Below are positions 48,412 to 61,099 of a DNA stretch of 64,000 nt, piece after piece. The translations under genes were made by a program, and so were the position numbers. The notes below the pieces were generated by a model. The model was not told the DNA's origin. It made no database searches and was given only the letters and a program-made list of their open reading frames with translations. Source of the DNA: Eutreptiella sp. 'Long Island Sound 2002' (taxonomy: Eukaryota; Protista; Euglenida); contig OZ038378.1 in assembly GCA_964036045.1 (NCBI GenBank), positions 200,136,001 through 200,200,000 on the forward strand, in the 5' to 3' direction. The first letter of the stretch is position 1; each line of letters starts with the position of its first letter.

Positions 48412-49170
48412 ATGTTCGCTGCACGTCGTCTGTACTCCACTGCTCCAACCATCACCAACACGGTTGGTGGTTTGGCCACTGCACAGATCCGTGATCTGGT
48501 CGGGAGCCCTGCAGCGCCAGTTGCACCAGTAATGAAGATGCCGCAATACCTGAAGCCCAAGCAGTTCCGTCCTGAGCGGGGCTGCTTTGACGATGAATTT
48601 ATCCGCCAGAACTACATTAAGGCTGACGACCCGTCTGATCCATACAACTACAAGGGCAAGGCTTTCACTTACGCCGCCAAGCTCCCAATGTGGGCTGCCC
48701 TGGTTGCCAGTGCCCGCGTTATTGCCGTGTTTTTGCTGTCTCAGTTCGAGGCGAACAAAAGCGCGCTGGCCTTGGCAAACATTGAGGTTGAGGTCGGCGA
48801 CATCCCAGAGGGCAAGACCGTGACCATTATCTGGCGTGGCAAGCCCGTATTCCTGCGGCATCGTACCCCTGCAGAGATCGAGGAGATGAAGAACGTGCCT
48901 CTGTCGGAGCTGCGTGACCCACAGACTGACGAGGAACGCCTGAATGACCCGCGGTGGGCCGTGCTCATCGCGGTCTGCACGCACTTGGGGTGTGTGCCCG
49001 TCATCGACCAGGGCCAGTTTGGTGCCTACTTCTGCCCATGCCATGGGTCCCACTACGACCATTCCGGCCGCATCCGCAAGGGCCCTGCACCTTTGAATCT
49101 GGAGGTGGCCAGCTACAAATTGCTGGACGAGAACACCATGTTCCTGGGAGATCTGGCCGCAGCGGAGTAA
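48412..49170 (+). CDS. RISP: Cytochrome bc1 (complex III) Rieske iron-sulfur protein, 252 aa, intronless
   Basis: CTHLGCVP (48976) and YFCPCHGSHY (49033) 2Fe-2S boxes; GPAPLNL; WRGKPVFLRHRT; ALALANIEV hinge; TM segment; MFAARRLYST presequence-like start. Confidence 0.97.
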   Translation: MFAARRLYSTAPTITNTVGGLATAQIRDLVGSPAAPVAPVMKMPQYLKPKQFRPERGCFDDEFIRQNYIKADDPSDPYNYKGKAFTYAAKLPMWAALVASARVIAVFLLSQFEANKSALALANIEVEVGDIPEGKTVTIIWRGKPVFLRHRTPAEIEEMKNVPLSELRDPQTDEERLNDPRWAVLIAVCTHLGCVPVIDQGQFGAYFCPCHGSHYDHSGRIRKGPAPLNLEVASYKLLDENTMFLGDLAAAE

Positions 49171-49931
49171 ACGGATACGGCGGAGCTGTAGCACCTCGGG
49201 GCCTCAGGTTCAACGAAACGCCTTCTGCCAACGATCTCTGGAGGTCAGTTAAACGAGGCTGCGGTTGGGCGATTTCCGCCGCAGCCCACCATTTGAGTTG
49301 TTGTGCTGTGCAAACGGAGGGCATGTCGATGCTGTTGTTTGAGAATGGTACCTCCTGCGTGGTGCGCACGAGGCACACAAGAGCAGCCAGCAGGATTGCG
49401 CACGCAAGGCATGATGCTTTCAGGGTTTTTGGCTGTGTTGTACTGCAGGTTGCCCAAGGCGTTGTTTAGAGGACAGGAATGTTTGTCTTGATGCCCAAGG
49501 TCTGCAGTGAACCTCCAAAATCGTGCCTATAGCGAAGGGCGACAAACAGCAGCAGGTTGGATGCCACCAGCCCTGCTGCTGGGTAGCAGTGACTCGGTGC
49601 GACTGCATGCTCCAGTTGCCGGCTTGCAGTTGAACTGAAGGCCCATAAGAAAAGTTCTGAGAAAATGGCTGGTGGGCCAGGCAAACAGTTAGTTGGCCAG
49701 GCAAAATAGTTGTTGGGTATCTAACTCAAAAGACTGGGCTTAAAAGCAAGGCAACTTTTTTTACCGAATACCATGGAAGCAGAGAAATGAGGCCCGCTGT
49801 TACTGTAGGGGCTGTTGCTGGGTCAGCATGGAGGGGGAGGGCAATCTTTGGCTGAAACACACCCACTCACAAGCTTGGCCAAAAAACGTCTTACTACCGC
49901 CACAAAAGTCAAGTTACTGACGTCCATGCAG

Positions 49932-50063
49932 TGCAGCACTGCACACGGTGTGCCACATGGTGCGCGCGGTACAGTTATTATATTGGGGGACGAGGCGGAT
50001 TTTGCGTGCAGTGCAACGTCATATATGATGAGAAAGCGCGATGATACACTGCGTGCAGGCGGC
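49932..50063 (+). CDS. Candidate exon (CSTAHGVPHGARGTVIILGDEADFACSATSYMMRKRDDTLRAGG)
   Basis: catgcag| acceptor, protein-like sequence, followed by a hairpin-bounded candidate intron. Confidence 0.35.
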
Positions 50064-51633
50064 ATTCCAGACCCATACACTGAAGCGCTGGACAATCTGA
50101 GCGGTGTTTCTGCTGCTTAGGGCGGTATATGAATGGGTCTGGGATGCCAGTGCCTGTGGTGCAAATGTTGCTGCAGTGACAGCAGGACTATTGGCGCGAG
50201 TAAGAACAGCTTTTGTGGCCTCTGAGTGAAGTATCACACACGTCTTGTCAAAAGAGCAATGCCTTGCCAGTGTCTGTGGCTGTTGCAGATGGTGGATTCT
50301 TCCTTATGGATCAAAGACTGGATTGTAGGTAGGGTCATGTGAGCTCTCTGGTTTCAGCCCGCAACAACTTCATTCTGCAAGGTGAAAGCTACAGTGCTGA
50401 TGCTTCATCTGAGGGATTTGTGGAGCTTAACCTCAACATCAGGTGTGTCACTATGCGATAAAAAGCATACAGGCACACTTAGTACCTGCTGTTTTGCGAT
50501 GAGTGCCGGCCGGGAGCCTTGATGGTCAAATTTTCAGTGCTTTGTCTGTGTTGTCCTATGTGCATGAGGATGTTCAGTGGCGATTTGAATGGTTGTCCCC
50601 CCCCCCCCCCTGCCCGAACATAGCTTGTCCAAACATGGCGATCCTGTGTTTCTGCACTTTTTTTTGGGGGGGGGAGGGCTTTTTTGGAACCATCATTTCT
50701 GCGGTTTGAATCCAATAAAGAATGTGGTTTGTGGCTTTTGTGCAGGCTGCAGGAAGGGTCCATATGGGTGTCAAAGTGTTGGTGTAGCTGTAATTCCATG
50801 TGCTCTTGTGTTGTGGCGTGTATGCGGGCCTGTTGGACACCTTTTTGTAGCCATGAACAAGGGTAGGTCTATGTCTGCACGATGTGTTCTGCGGGACATG
50901 CCGTGCAGTAACACAGGCCTGTCCAATCATGGCAACCCGTGCTTCCGTATTTTTGCCTCATCAAGTAGAACATAGCCCGTATTAGGACGGAGGGTGGGGG
51001 AGATGCAAGAGAGAAGGTTTGGAGACAGCAAAAGCAGAGGAGAAGAGGCAGTGCAAGAGTACAGCGAGGTCTCAAATGAATGATGAACGGATCAAGACAC
51101 ACCCTCCATTGTTTTTTTCTGTATGTGTGCGTGTGTGTGATGTAAGTTGGGGCGGTCAAGACTCTGTTTTTGCCATAAAGACATAGTTTTTAGCAGATCC
51201 AGCAAAAACCAAGAACATGGGCTCTCAATCGCGCTTGAAAGTACGAATTGGTGCTAAAGATCAAACATTTCACCAGAGGAATTACAATTGCACAGGATTT
51301 TTTTTGGGCCCCAAAATGTTGGTTTGTGCTTTGCTATGTTTTGCATAAGCCATGTCTTTTCTCTTTGCTTTGCGAAGCTCAAGGTGAAGAATCTTCCCCT
51401 CCATGTCGGAGAAAAAAAACCTCCTACTCTGGCCTGGCGAAATTGCCCAATTGTTTGGGGCAGGCGCATGATATTTTCTGAATTCCAATCCACCTGTTTT
51501 CTCAATCCCCAAACACCGCTTCTTCAAATTAAAAGCCACATTTCCCGAATTTCATAAATTTTGCAATTTCAAGTGTATTTAAGTGGGCCAAATATGGGCA
51601 CAACCGTATGGGGGGGTAGGGGGTCTCCGCAGG

Positions 51634-51995
51634 GATTGGTATACAATTTGCTTATGCAGCTTTTCACCGTGGGCAGCTCAAAAATTGAATTTTCCCAAAC
51701 CTAATTTTTTTGATACCGTGATCACCTAAAATGACCATCCAACGTATGTAAAGCATGTTTTAGGCCGTATTCGTGTGTTTTTTCACCCTATTTGGGTGTT
51801 GGATGCAGGGGGGGGGTGAAACGAGATTGGTACACAACCTGCTTATGCAATTTTCCAACCTCTTAAAGAGTTAAGCTCAAAAATCGAAGTTTCCGAAACT
51901 TTTTTGTTTTGATATTGTGATCACTTAATATGACCATCCAACCTCTTTAAAGCATCTTTTGGCCCGTATTTATGTAGTTTTCACCCCATTTTTGG
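51634..51995. repeat. Diverged tandem duplication of about 190 bp in an AT-rich interspersed repeat
   Basis: gattggta.acaa...gcttatgca...agctcaaaaat.gaa...gtgatcac.taa.atgaccatccaac present twice. Confidence 0.75.
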
Positions 51996-51999
51996 GGTG

Positions 52000-54900
52000 T
52001 GTTACTTGGGGTAGATTCTCTGCCACGTAGACTTGCCGAAGGCAATAGAATTTGTGCAAATGCGACTTAATTTGAATAATTGGGAAACCGGCACCGGTTT
52101 TACCATTTAATCCGAAATACCGTTTATCAGCAATACGGTAAGGAAGCAAGTTGTTGTACCAGGATCTAGTTGTTGTACCACTACATGAAAGTGGGAAATA
52201 AGGTAGTTTTTCCTTTACAACGTAGGATACGTGTGTTCAATAGTTGACAATAGATTGTCTGAGGCTCCCTTCGTCTTGATATGTCATAGTTACCCATACT
52301 ACCCTTGGTAGGCCCCTGGTGGGAGTAAAAGTGGAGGAGACCAAGTTTGTTGTCCACTCCGAGGGGACAGATCGAGTGGCTTTGAGTACATATTAGCATT
52401 TAGACACTAAAAAAACATAAAATTAGGTATGCCAAATCAGTATTCTGTTGAAATTAAAATGTTCTGTGGTTAAAAATCAACGTGCGCTAGTTCTGGAGGG
52501 AGTCCGCACTTCCGTTAACTCCCTCCGGAACCTTTGCAAGGCCGATTTTAGCTGGACGGCTCGATGTTTTAAGGTTTTGACTGTTCAGACCTATCAAGAA
52601 CAATGTAGATCAACCCCCTAGCCATCCAAAATCCTTCCGTCGTCAAAGAAATTGTTCGATTTCTGGCGCGTAAAGGCGCCGCTCCCTCGCGCGCCAAAGA
52701 TTCAAGGTTTTCTCAGCCGGCGGAATGTATTTAGATCATTCAAGGGTCAATTTTGGTGTTAAATTATACCTTTCAAACTTTGAAATACTACTACGTTCAT
52801 CAATGCAACAAAACATTGATACACTAAGGTGGTACACAAAGTAGTCCACCCCCAAATACCAGCGCAGACAGGACATCCCTTATTTTGTAAATTTCTCGGC
52901 TCCAAGGAAATATTTTCCAATAAGTAAGATTTTATTTCAAACTTCAACTTCTGTACTTCCCATTGCAAACTTACTACCAAAAAACTCAAATGCTAGCTAA
53001 TTGTTTAAAAGCATGCAAAATGGTACACCTATTGGCTTCCTTACCTTAATCGGAGGTAATTTTCAAAAAAAATTGGTAAAAATGATTAAGCTAGTCTCAA
53101 CATCAACAAAAGGCTTTTAGGGGGGGCTTGGCCCGGATCAAGTCCTCCAAGAAAGACATGGCTGTGATTTTTTTTTACTCCCCCCTGGAGTACTAGTTGA
53201 TCAAGCTAGTAGGACCAAGGAAAAAGGCTCAAAATTTCCCCAAAATTACCTCAGAAAATGCATCAAACCAGCCAAAGACATTCCCATCACTTCCTAGAAG
53301 CCTATCACACCGTAGGTACCCTTGAAAAACAGTGTAATGTACCGTGAATGATGTCCCGTCGATGGGGCCTCTAACTTGTGTGGCATATTTTCTGAGGGAT
53401 GGCAAAGTTTTGGGTAGTGATGGCAATTAGTTGTAACAACCGGTTATTTTGAAAACCATGAATCGGCAATGCCGGTTTTTTGGTAAAAATAATCGTTAAA
53501 AACAGGGTTGTTTCGAAAGTACCAGGTTCCAAACCAAAGAAAAAACATATTCTTCTGTCCATGGCGAGTGAGAACCAAGTGGAAAGTAGCAACTATGTAG
53601 CAATACATTCACAATACGGGGTTTTTTTGGAAGCTGTTAGCTATTTTCCCCACCAAAGCAAAAAATGGCACAGGAAGTAGAAAATAGCATTGAGGTGTGG
53701 TCAAAAAGTCTACTAGGAAATGAGGGCCCCATTGAAGGAAGAAAGCGGAATAGTGCCCATCCTACAAGCATTTATGTCTTCTGTACGAATCATCCTTGCC
53801 CTTGAACACCCGGCACGCACACATGCGGGAGTGAAATCACGAAGAAAAACACTTATTAGCCATTTTGAGCAAACAACTAAAAATGGTTCAAAAAGTGGTT
53901 GTTTGAAATGTAATAGCTTTCGATCATAAATGAGTTGGAATCTTGGTGCATGCATGAAGGATGCTTATATGCCGTAGTGCAAATGTGACTGCTAAGTTCG
54001 ATCACATTAAAAATGGAACAAATTTTAGCACTTCAACCCTTCAACCATATTAAAGCATATGAAAAGTGAAAATCAATGCGAAAATTTAAATATCCGGAGT
54101 TATACAAGAATCATATCTTTCATACTGTACAAAGAGCTACTAAAAAGGACTCTGCCACATCATGTGTGTTTCTTGTGAGTTCACTGAGAGGAGGTTCGGT
54201 CAACCGATATTTATAATCCCAAATCAAGCTTTCGATGTGTGTATGACAAAATGAAAATGTTGGCTTACGTGGTCACATGCGACCACGATACCAAACAGAA
54301 TAAGTGATCCCAAAACTCTACCAAGTCTGCCATGTTGTGCTTGAAGGTTTCTACTTTTGAAGCAATTTGTCTCTTGCTTGTACTTGATATTGGCTTGAAA
54401 ACAAATATCGCAATAAGGCCGTGGCAAGTTGGTGCAAAAATGATGGAAAGATCTCTAAAAATAGCCCATTTTCTTTATATTGACATTTTGCACAATGGAT
54501 ACAATGTTGTGTTAGCATATAAATCAGAAACAATCGCGAACCTTTGCTCTTGTAAGCTTAAAAACGCTTTCCGAGTGTTCATGCTCACAAGGACAACAAG
54601 TTAGTATATTTCGATGACAGAAAGTTGAGAAAAAGAGCCTATATTGTTGGATAGAAGTGCACATATGGCCCAAGCTGGACATGCCCAAGAAGCAGAAGCA
54701 ATGACTATGGGCATGGTATTTGCACGAATTAATACGGTTGCAAACATGCATTTATTTTTATTTGGCAATGTCCGTTGTTGGCGTTGATTCCGTTTTAGTA
54801 GTTCCTTTACAATGTTTGATGCCACTTACCTTTACTAGGATTCAATCGTATACTAGTAGTATCACGTAGCTGCTCACACATAGAGGGTACTTGAGTAGCC

Positions 54901-55800
54901 TGGCGGTGATAGCCGTAATAGCTCGCAATAATTTGTACATCAGCTGCAGCACTGTTTGCCGACACTCGGTGCCTTCACCGACTATTCCGGATATCAAAAC
55001 TGGTGACCTGTAATCTTTCATCATCATTGAGTTGTAAAGCTTACCTATGTGTTTTGCCGAGCCTCCTCAATGGTAGGATGTACGTCGCGATACGTCTAGC
55101 GGAACATTACACTGTTACATCTGGTCCGGTTATAATATTCCGCTAGACGTAACACTTATTCCGCTAGACGTAAGTAGAATTTTGTACATCTACCGGAACA
55201 TTATAGGGGCCATTAGGCGTAAGTAACAGAGCTGGATGTTCCATTAGACGTAAGTATCCACACCATCCTATTTGTTGCATAAAAACTCCAACATCAAATG
55301 TTTCTTCATGTCGTTGGGCCAAATGATAGCACTTTGGCTTCATTGTGATACATAGTAGGTATTGGTAGCATTGGTCCCATTGCAATAATGTTGCACTATT
55401 CAGAAAATAGGCAGTAGCATTTGTTTCTCCTTCGTATTTGTCCCATCCGGTCACTAACCGCTGAAACAATGACAAACAATGCTTTGGCCCAGCACAAGCA
55501 GTGCACAAGAACTGCAAAAAAAAATGTTATGGGGTTTGAACTCACATTTGTTTCTAAAAGCTGAAGTTGAGAGCAATGGGGAACACACTACCACACAATG
55601 AGATCAACGCAAAAACAAAAATCAAAACACATCGATCAGTGGTGCACATATGAGCACAAAAAAACTCAGCTACCTGGGCAAAATCTTTATACAACCTTAT
55701 ATAATTCATTTGTTCATAAAATATTTCTATGTATCAACAAAACGCAATATATTGATTTAAAAGCCACACAAAGTTACAAAACACCTCGAAGCGGTAGTAG
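52000..55800 (-). other. AT-rich island with fragmented minus-strand coding remnants and very short GT-AG introns (decayed element or foreign gene)
   Basis: Visibly lower GC than the flanks; broken protein-like frames; strong gtaagt/gtaagc/gtgagt donors. No family motif confidently recognised. Confidence 0.4.
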
Positions 55801-56599
55801 CTACAACACAATGCACCAATTTGGACTGCTTTGGGCTAAAATGGCTCGCAAATCTACGATGTAATGTGTGACTAGCGTAGCAGCCAAGGTCCTCAATGCG
55901 AACCGTGGGCGTGGTGCAGCTGAAAAACGCGTAGGAAAATGGTGGTGAGCGAGCATACCGAACCGTTCTCTATTGAGCCAAAGATCCAAGCTATTTCTGC
56001 CGCACAGTCCGCTAGGGTCCCTCCTTTGTGAATGTGGTGGTGCAAACTGGTGTTGGTCGTCTGTTTGGATGTGACCCGGTACGCTATAGTGGCTGAATAT
56101 CGCGAGCCTGGTGTTGTTTAGAGCGCAACCGTCGTTGCTACGGCTGCGCCGCCTGCAGTGCAAATGGAGCTTCATAACCATAAAGAGTGCTCCATTTTGG
56201 TTCATGCCCGACATCCGTTGGCGTGGCTTTTTTTTGGTTGGCAACACAAACCTGGGCCACAGTACAGTTATCCTAACTTGGGCAGCTTTTCTCATTCGCC
56301 AACATCTGCTGCAAACAGTGCACCATTGTCAATGAAAGCGCTGCATGCTGACCCCATGAATAATCCTTCTTTGCCTTGTTCTGTTGCTGCTGCTGGCGAG
56401 TCTGGTGCTGGTGATTGTGCACCTGGAGTGGAGTAACCATGGCGTGTTCTGCCCTCGTGCAAAGCGCCCCAAAGTGTCACTGCGTGCTAAAGCGGCTGTT
56501 GCTGTGGTTGTTTAAAAAATCGTCCTTTGTTGGGCCTTTGATTTATCAAGAGCGCGCATGTGTGCAGAAAAATGCTGCATCCAAACCCTCTATGGTCCC

Positions 56600-57431
56600 G
56601 GGCATAAAACCACCCCCAAATGGGGATAAAACCGCCCCGGGTGGTTTTATGCCCACTTTTTAGGGGGATAAAACCACCCCTTTGGGGGGGATAAAACCAC
56701 CCCTTTGGGGGGATACAACCACCCTTTTTGGGGAATAAAACCACCCCCCGTGTTAAAACCATCCCCTTCACGATGATAAAACCACCCCGGGGTGGTTTTA
56801 TGCCACCAAAGCAACAAATGACACAACACAGCAAACAAAAGCAGTCTGAGCAATGCTGCCACAAAAGCAATGCATGTTGAACTGGATGAATAGCAAACCC
56901 AAACCATGTCTGAAATCCGATCTCAGACCCCATTTGTAAAATTGTAGGTCAGAAATCCTATAACACATACACAAAGAGCAATTTGAAAAAAAAGCACTGA
57001 GTGTAAAACCATATGTCGTGCCCTGACCCTACATCACCTCTCCTACTTCCATACCCGAACTTGTACTCCGGTACTATGGTTGTAGGTTGACATAGAGATG
57101 GGCCATACCCCTCCACCCCTAAACAGGTGACCCCCCCCCCCCAACCAATGGGGGGATAAAGCCACTGAAAAGGGGGGACAAAACCACCCCACAGGGGCAA
57201 TATCCCTCCCCCCCCCCCAAATGACCCATTGGGGGATGAAACCACCCCCTTGGGGGGATAAAACCACACCTTTGCGGGGATAAAACCACCCCTATGAGGG
57301 GATAAACCCACACCCCCAAAAGGGGGGATAAAACCACCCCCAAGTGGCATAAAACCACCCCAGGGGTCAAAAAAAGCCAAAACGGAGGTTGGGGGTGGTT
57401 TTATCCCCCATTTGGGGGTGGTTTCATACCC
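56600..57431. mobile_element. Foldback/MITE-like element with about 40-bp TIRs and arrays of ggggataaaaccacccc
   Basis: Left gggcataaaaccacccccaaatggggataaaaccgccc matches the reverse complement of the right end. More than 15 motif copies in two clusters. No clear TSD. Confidence 0.75.
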
Positions 57432-58586
57432 ACTACCAAAACCCTCTGGCACATGTACACCATTTCGATGCAGTCCAAAGACGCCTCTCTACCTCAAAAC
57501 CGAGTAAGAAAGCGTCTGCACAAAATACAGCCTCTGCATTTCCGTGGCCAAGAAGCATGCGCAAACAACGCCATTGTTATGCACGAATTTGGAGAAAATG
57601 GCTTCTGAAACGACAACACAAATGACAGCCTGCAATTAAATTATGCCATGCCATGCCAACCATGCCTTCCCCTGGCTTGGAGAGATAAGGACCCTGAGGT
57701 GTGTGTGTGGAAATAAATGAATCCAACTCTTATCGCTTACTGACCCCCAACACCATCCCAACACGCCTCCCCGAAAACGGCTGTTCGAAATGCCCCACTT
57801 TTTTGTACCCGCAAACTCAGCCCCTGTCTAGGGATTCCCGAGGGCTCCTCCTGGTACTCGTACATGGACTCTCCTTGGCTGGGGTGGCTCCAATCCAGTA
57901 GTGCTGGTGAGGACACACACGGAGACCGTCCTGTCTCTTCCTTTTGGAAGCCGTTTCCTTCAAAGTGGTGGGCCGGGACGTCTGCGCGCGTGTAGAAAGG
58001 AGTGACCTCCCAGGACTCCCCCCTAGTCCGGCCAAGGGGATTTGCGCAAGCGCATCAAATCAGGACGTCTTGGGATTCATGCAACCAAGGCAGTCTGCAA
58101 GCACGTACCATGTTGGGACCTCCTGGGCCCCCCCGTCCCACCAAAGGCAGTCCATGCGAACACACAAAGTCAGGACCTCCTGGGAAGCACCGGCCAGGAG
58201 GGACCGCACACGCAAACATAATCAAGTCCCGTGACCCCCGCAGCCAGTGCCAGTCCGCACACATACAGAGCTGGGCTCAAGGACACCCAATGAGAGATTC
58301 TACACGCCTGTACCAAGTGGGGACCTAAAACTGGGTTCCTTGACACGTCCAACCTGAAAGTTTGCACGGCTACCTCTTTGGGTGAGCCCCCTCCCCCCGA
58401 CGGACGACATGGTGGAGGGAGGGGGTGACATAGGTTTCTGAAGTCACACAAGTCACACAAGTCACACACTTAACAATGGTCGTAGGTGAATCAGAGCCAA
58501 ATCAGAGCTGACACCCTCCCAAGAACGGGGTCTTGCTCGCGTGGTGGCTTCTGTCAACTTCTTAGGTGGCACCCCCAGCACCTTAC

Positions 58587-58641
58587 AATGCCCGGAACCT
58601 CAAGACGCGTGCAGGCAGCATGCACAGTAGGACAGATGGGA
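58587..58641 (-). CDS. Candidate exon, minus-strand gene D (PICPTVHAACTRLEVPGI)
   Basis: ttcatcttttag| acceptor, att|gtaagg donor. Confidence 0.45.
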
Positions 58642-59684
58642 CTAAAAGATGAAATAAGAAAGATGGGACATGTCGGGTAAACCGTAATTCTGAGTCAGGT
58701 GAAGGCTAATGCGACTGAAGAGGTTGTCAAAGGTCAGTAATGGGAAAGGGGGCTTGCAAGGTAAGGGACTGGGCCGATCAACATCCCTCGACTTGGCTTG
58801 CCATGACTGCCGGTGGGCAGAGGTGAGGTCACGGTGCCTGGATGCTCTCCTGAGTGGCTGAACCCACTGTGCCCCAAAGACACTGTACTGCAGACTGAGC
58901 ACTGTTTGCAACAGGAACAGGGAATGCTTCACAGAACGTTCTGTGCACCGGACAAGAGGCCAAGCTGGTCTCCAACATAGGCGGGCTGCACATTCGTTGA
59001 AAGGCAAACAGAAATTTGCAGCAGTCTTCCGGATAAGATGCGTCCAAAAAGGATTGGGATACAATGTTTCTGGGGGGGGGGGTACATTGTAGATACATTG
59101 TAGATGCATTCGGGAGACATTGTGTTACATGTGGCGCAGCGTGGTGACTTGACATCCAGAAACGAAGATTCATATCATCATGAACAAAGATGACAAAAAT
59201 GGTTGCAGTCAGGAACAACCGTCTTCGCAAATGGTCGGCCCGATGGCAAGAGACCTTTGTTTCATGCTTTGACACAAAAAAAATGTGAAGCATTGTAAAT
59301 TGAAACGTTCTCAACCAGTAAGCACGGTAATCTCAATGCACAGCATAGTAATCTCAATGCACAGCATACATTGTGGATACATTATACATGTTTTGAGGAT
59401 CCACTGGTGAGACACTGAAAAAAAAGTTGGGAGACAGTGAATACAGCCAAGAAAAATGTTGGGATACATCTTGTCCAGAACACTGCCTTGCAATCTCCCA
59501 GAAGAAAAAACATACTTCAACAGAGGCTGTGAAGAAGAAAATCATCGCGAGTAAAACAGTTTAGGTTGCCTGATGCGGTCGGAACACACTCACCCTGTGA
59601 GACCCTACCATTGACAGCTCACTCGGATACAGACCACAAGCAGCAGCGGTGAGCTGAACGCAAAATACTCAGATCTCGCATCAC

Positions 59685-59814
59685 CTGCTGTTTTCGGAAC
59701 TCAATGGTGCATTGGGAGCCGTAGGGGACGGGACAGTGTTTGGCGGTTTAAAAACATTGCCGAAGCCTTCGACTTCTATTGGGACAATCCGAGTTCCACA
59801 GGGCTTTGCGGTGG
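59685..59814 (-). CDS. Candidate exon, minus-strand gene D (TAKPCGTRIVPIEVEGFGNVFKPPNTVPSPTAPNAPLSSENS)
   Basis: tatgcag| acceptor, ag|gtgatg donor, protein-like sequence. Confidence 0.45.
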
Positions 59815-61099
59815 CTGCATAGATCGATGATGTGTATGGTCATGATCAAAGAGGAAAAAGATTTGGTCATTTGGTCACAGGCAAACGAACACCTGCAATG
59901 GTTGTGGGGGGATGGGTAGCCATGCCCCCCCCCCCCCCACCCTCGAAGGAATGCTGAGCTATTGCACGTGCGCACAAGAGGCAGCCAGCACAAAAGCGCA
60001 GCAAGACATTTGGCTCGTCAGTGGCATAAAAGACCAGAGGTACCTTTCGCTGACAAGAGTGAGACATGGAGGTGCCAGTGGACAGACCATAAACACGCAG
60101 ATGAACGATGGTTCGCAGCGGTACGTTCTGGACCACCGCCAAGCAGTGACCACTGGATCTGGCTGCCAACTACGGACTGAGTTCTCGCACAATACGAAAC
60201 AATGATACCCCCCCCCCCCAGACACCCAGCGCAGGTCCATGCCCTGTCCAAACAAGACGAGACGTTGCTGTGTTTCATTGGAATCAGGGCACTTGGTGGT
60301 TTCATTTCTTGGTTGCAGCCGTTGCCCCCCCCCCCCCCCGAGAAATACCCGGCTGCGTGGGGCATAAGGGACATGTGCCATGAAGCAAGACATACAGATA
60401 TCAGGGCGCATGTCGCAAGAAAAAGGAGCACGAAATTGTTCGTTGGGATGTGTGTTGAGGTCCACTGAGAGACAGGCACTCTGGCGTGTGTACTCAGCTT
60501 TGAAGAGCTGCACATGCTCAACAGGGGCCACTGGAATGGGCTCTCCAGCCGCAGGCTTGGCCTCAGGTTTGGCGGGGGGCTCCAGACCGGCAGGTAAGCA
60601 GTTTGTTCGGTGTGGCTTGGGGTGAATTGCTGGCAGGGGATGCTGGTTGTTGTTGCTGTGCATACCCCACCGACCCCAACCGCATGGGGGTTAACATAGT
60701 GTTCACTCATGGAGGGAGGAGGTCCACACCGTGCAAGTCATCCAGTTGCCTATCTATCCCCATAGCGGTGGCAGCATGGGCCTGAAAAGCGCGTTGTGGC
60801 CACACCAATTGACCAGAAACTGTTCAAACGTGCCAGCGGAGCGTGGACGCGGTCGACGAGTCTTCGCTGCTGCTGCTGTTGTTATTGATGTGATTGTGAT
60901 TGTCAGTGTTGCTGGTTATGATTGCCGCTGCTGCTGTTATTGTCGTCCCGCTGTTGTTAGTCGCTGGCGCGGCTGCTGCCCAGATGGACTGCCCTCCTTT
61001 GCAACCGAAGACACATACAGAGCGAGGGCGGAATTACTGCTGATGCCTCATTTGCCATGTTTGGCGAAACTTGTGTTCTTTTATCCTCCGAATGCCATC

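Noticed and set aside
53600-54200. KDZ/Zisupton-like transposase assignment for the AT-rich island
   Set aside because: Only vague resemblance of short fragments; the diagnostic motifs were not found.
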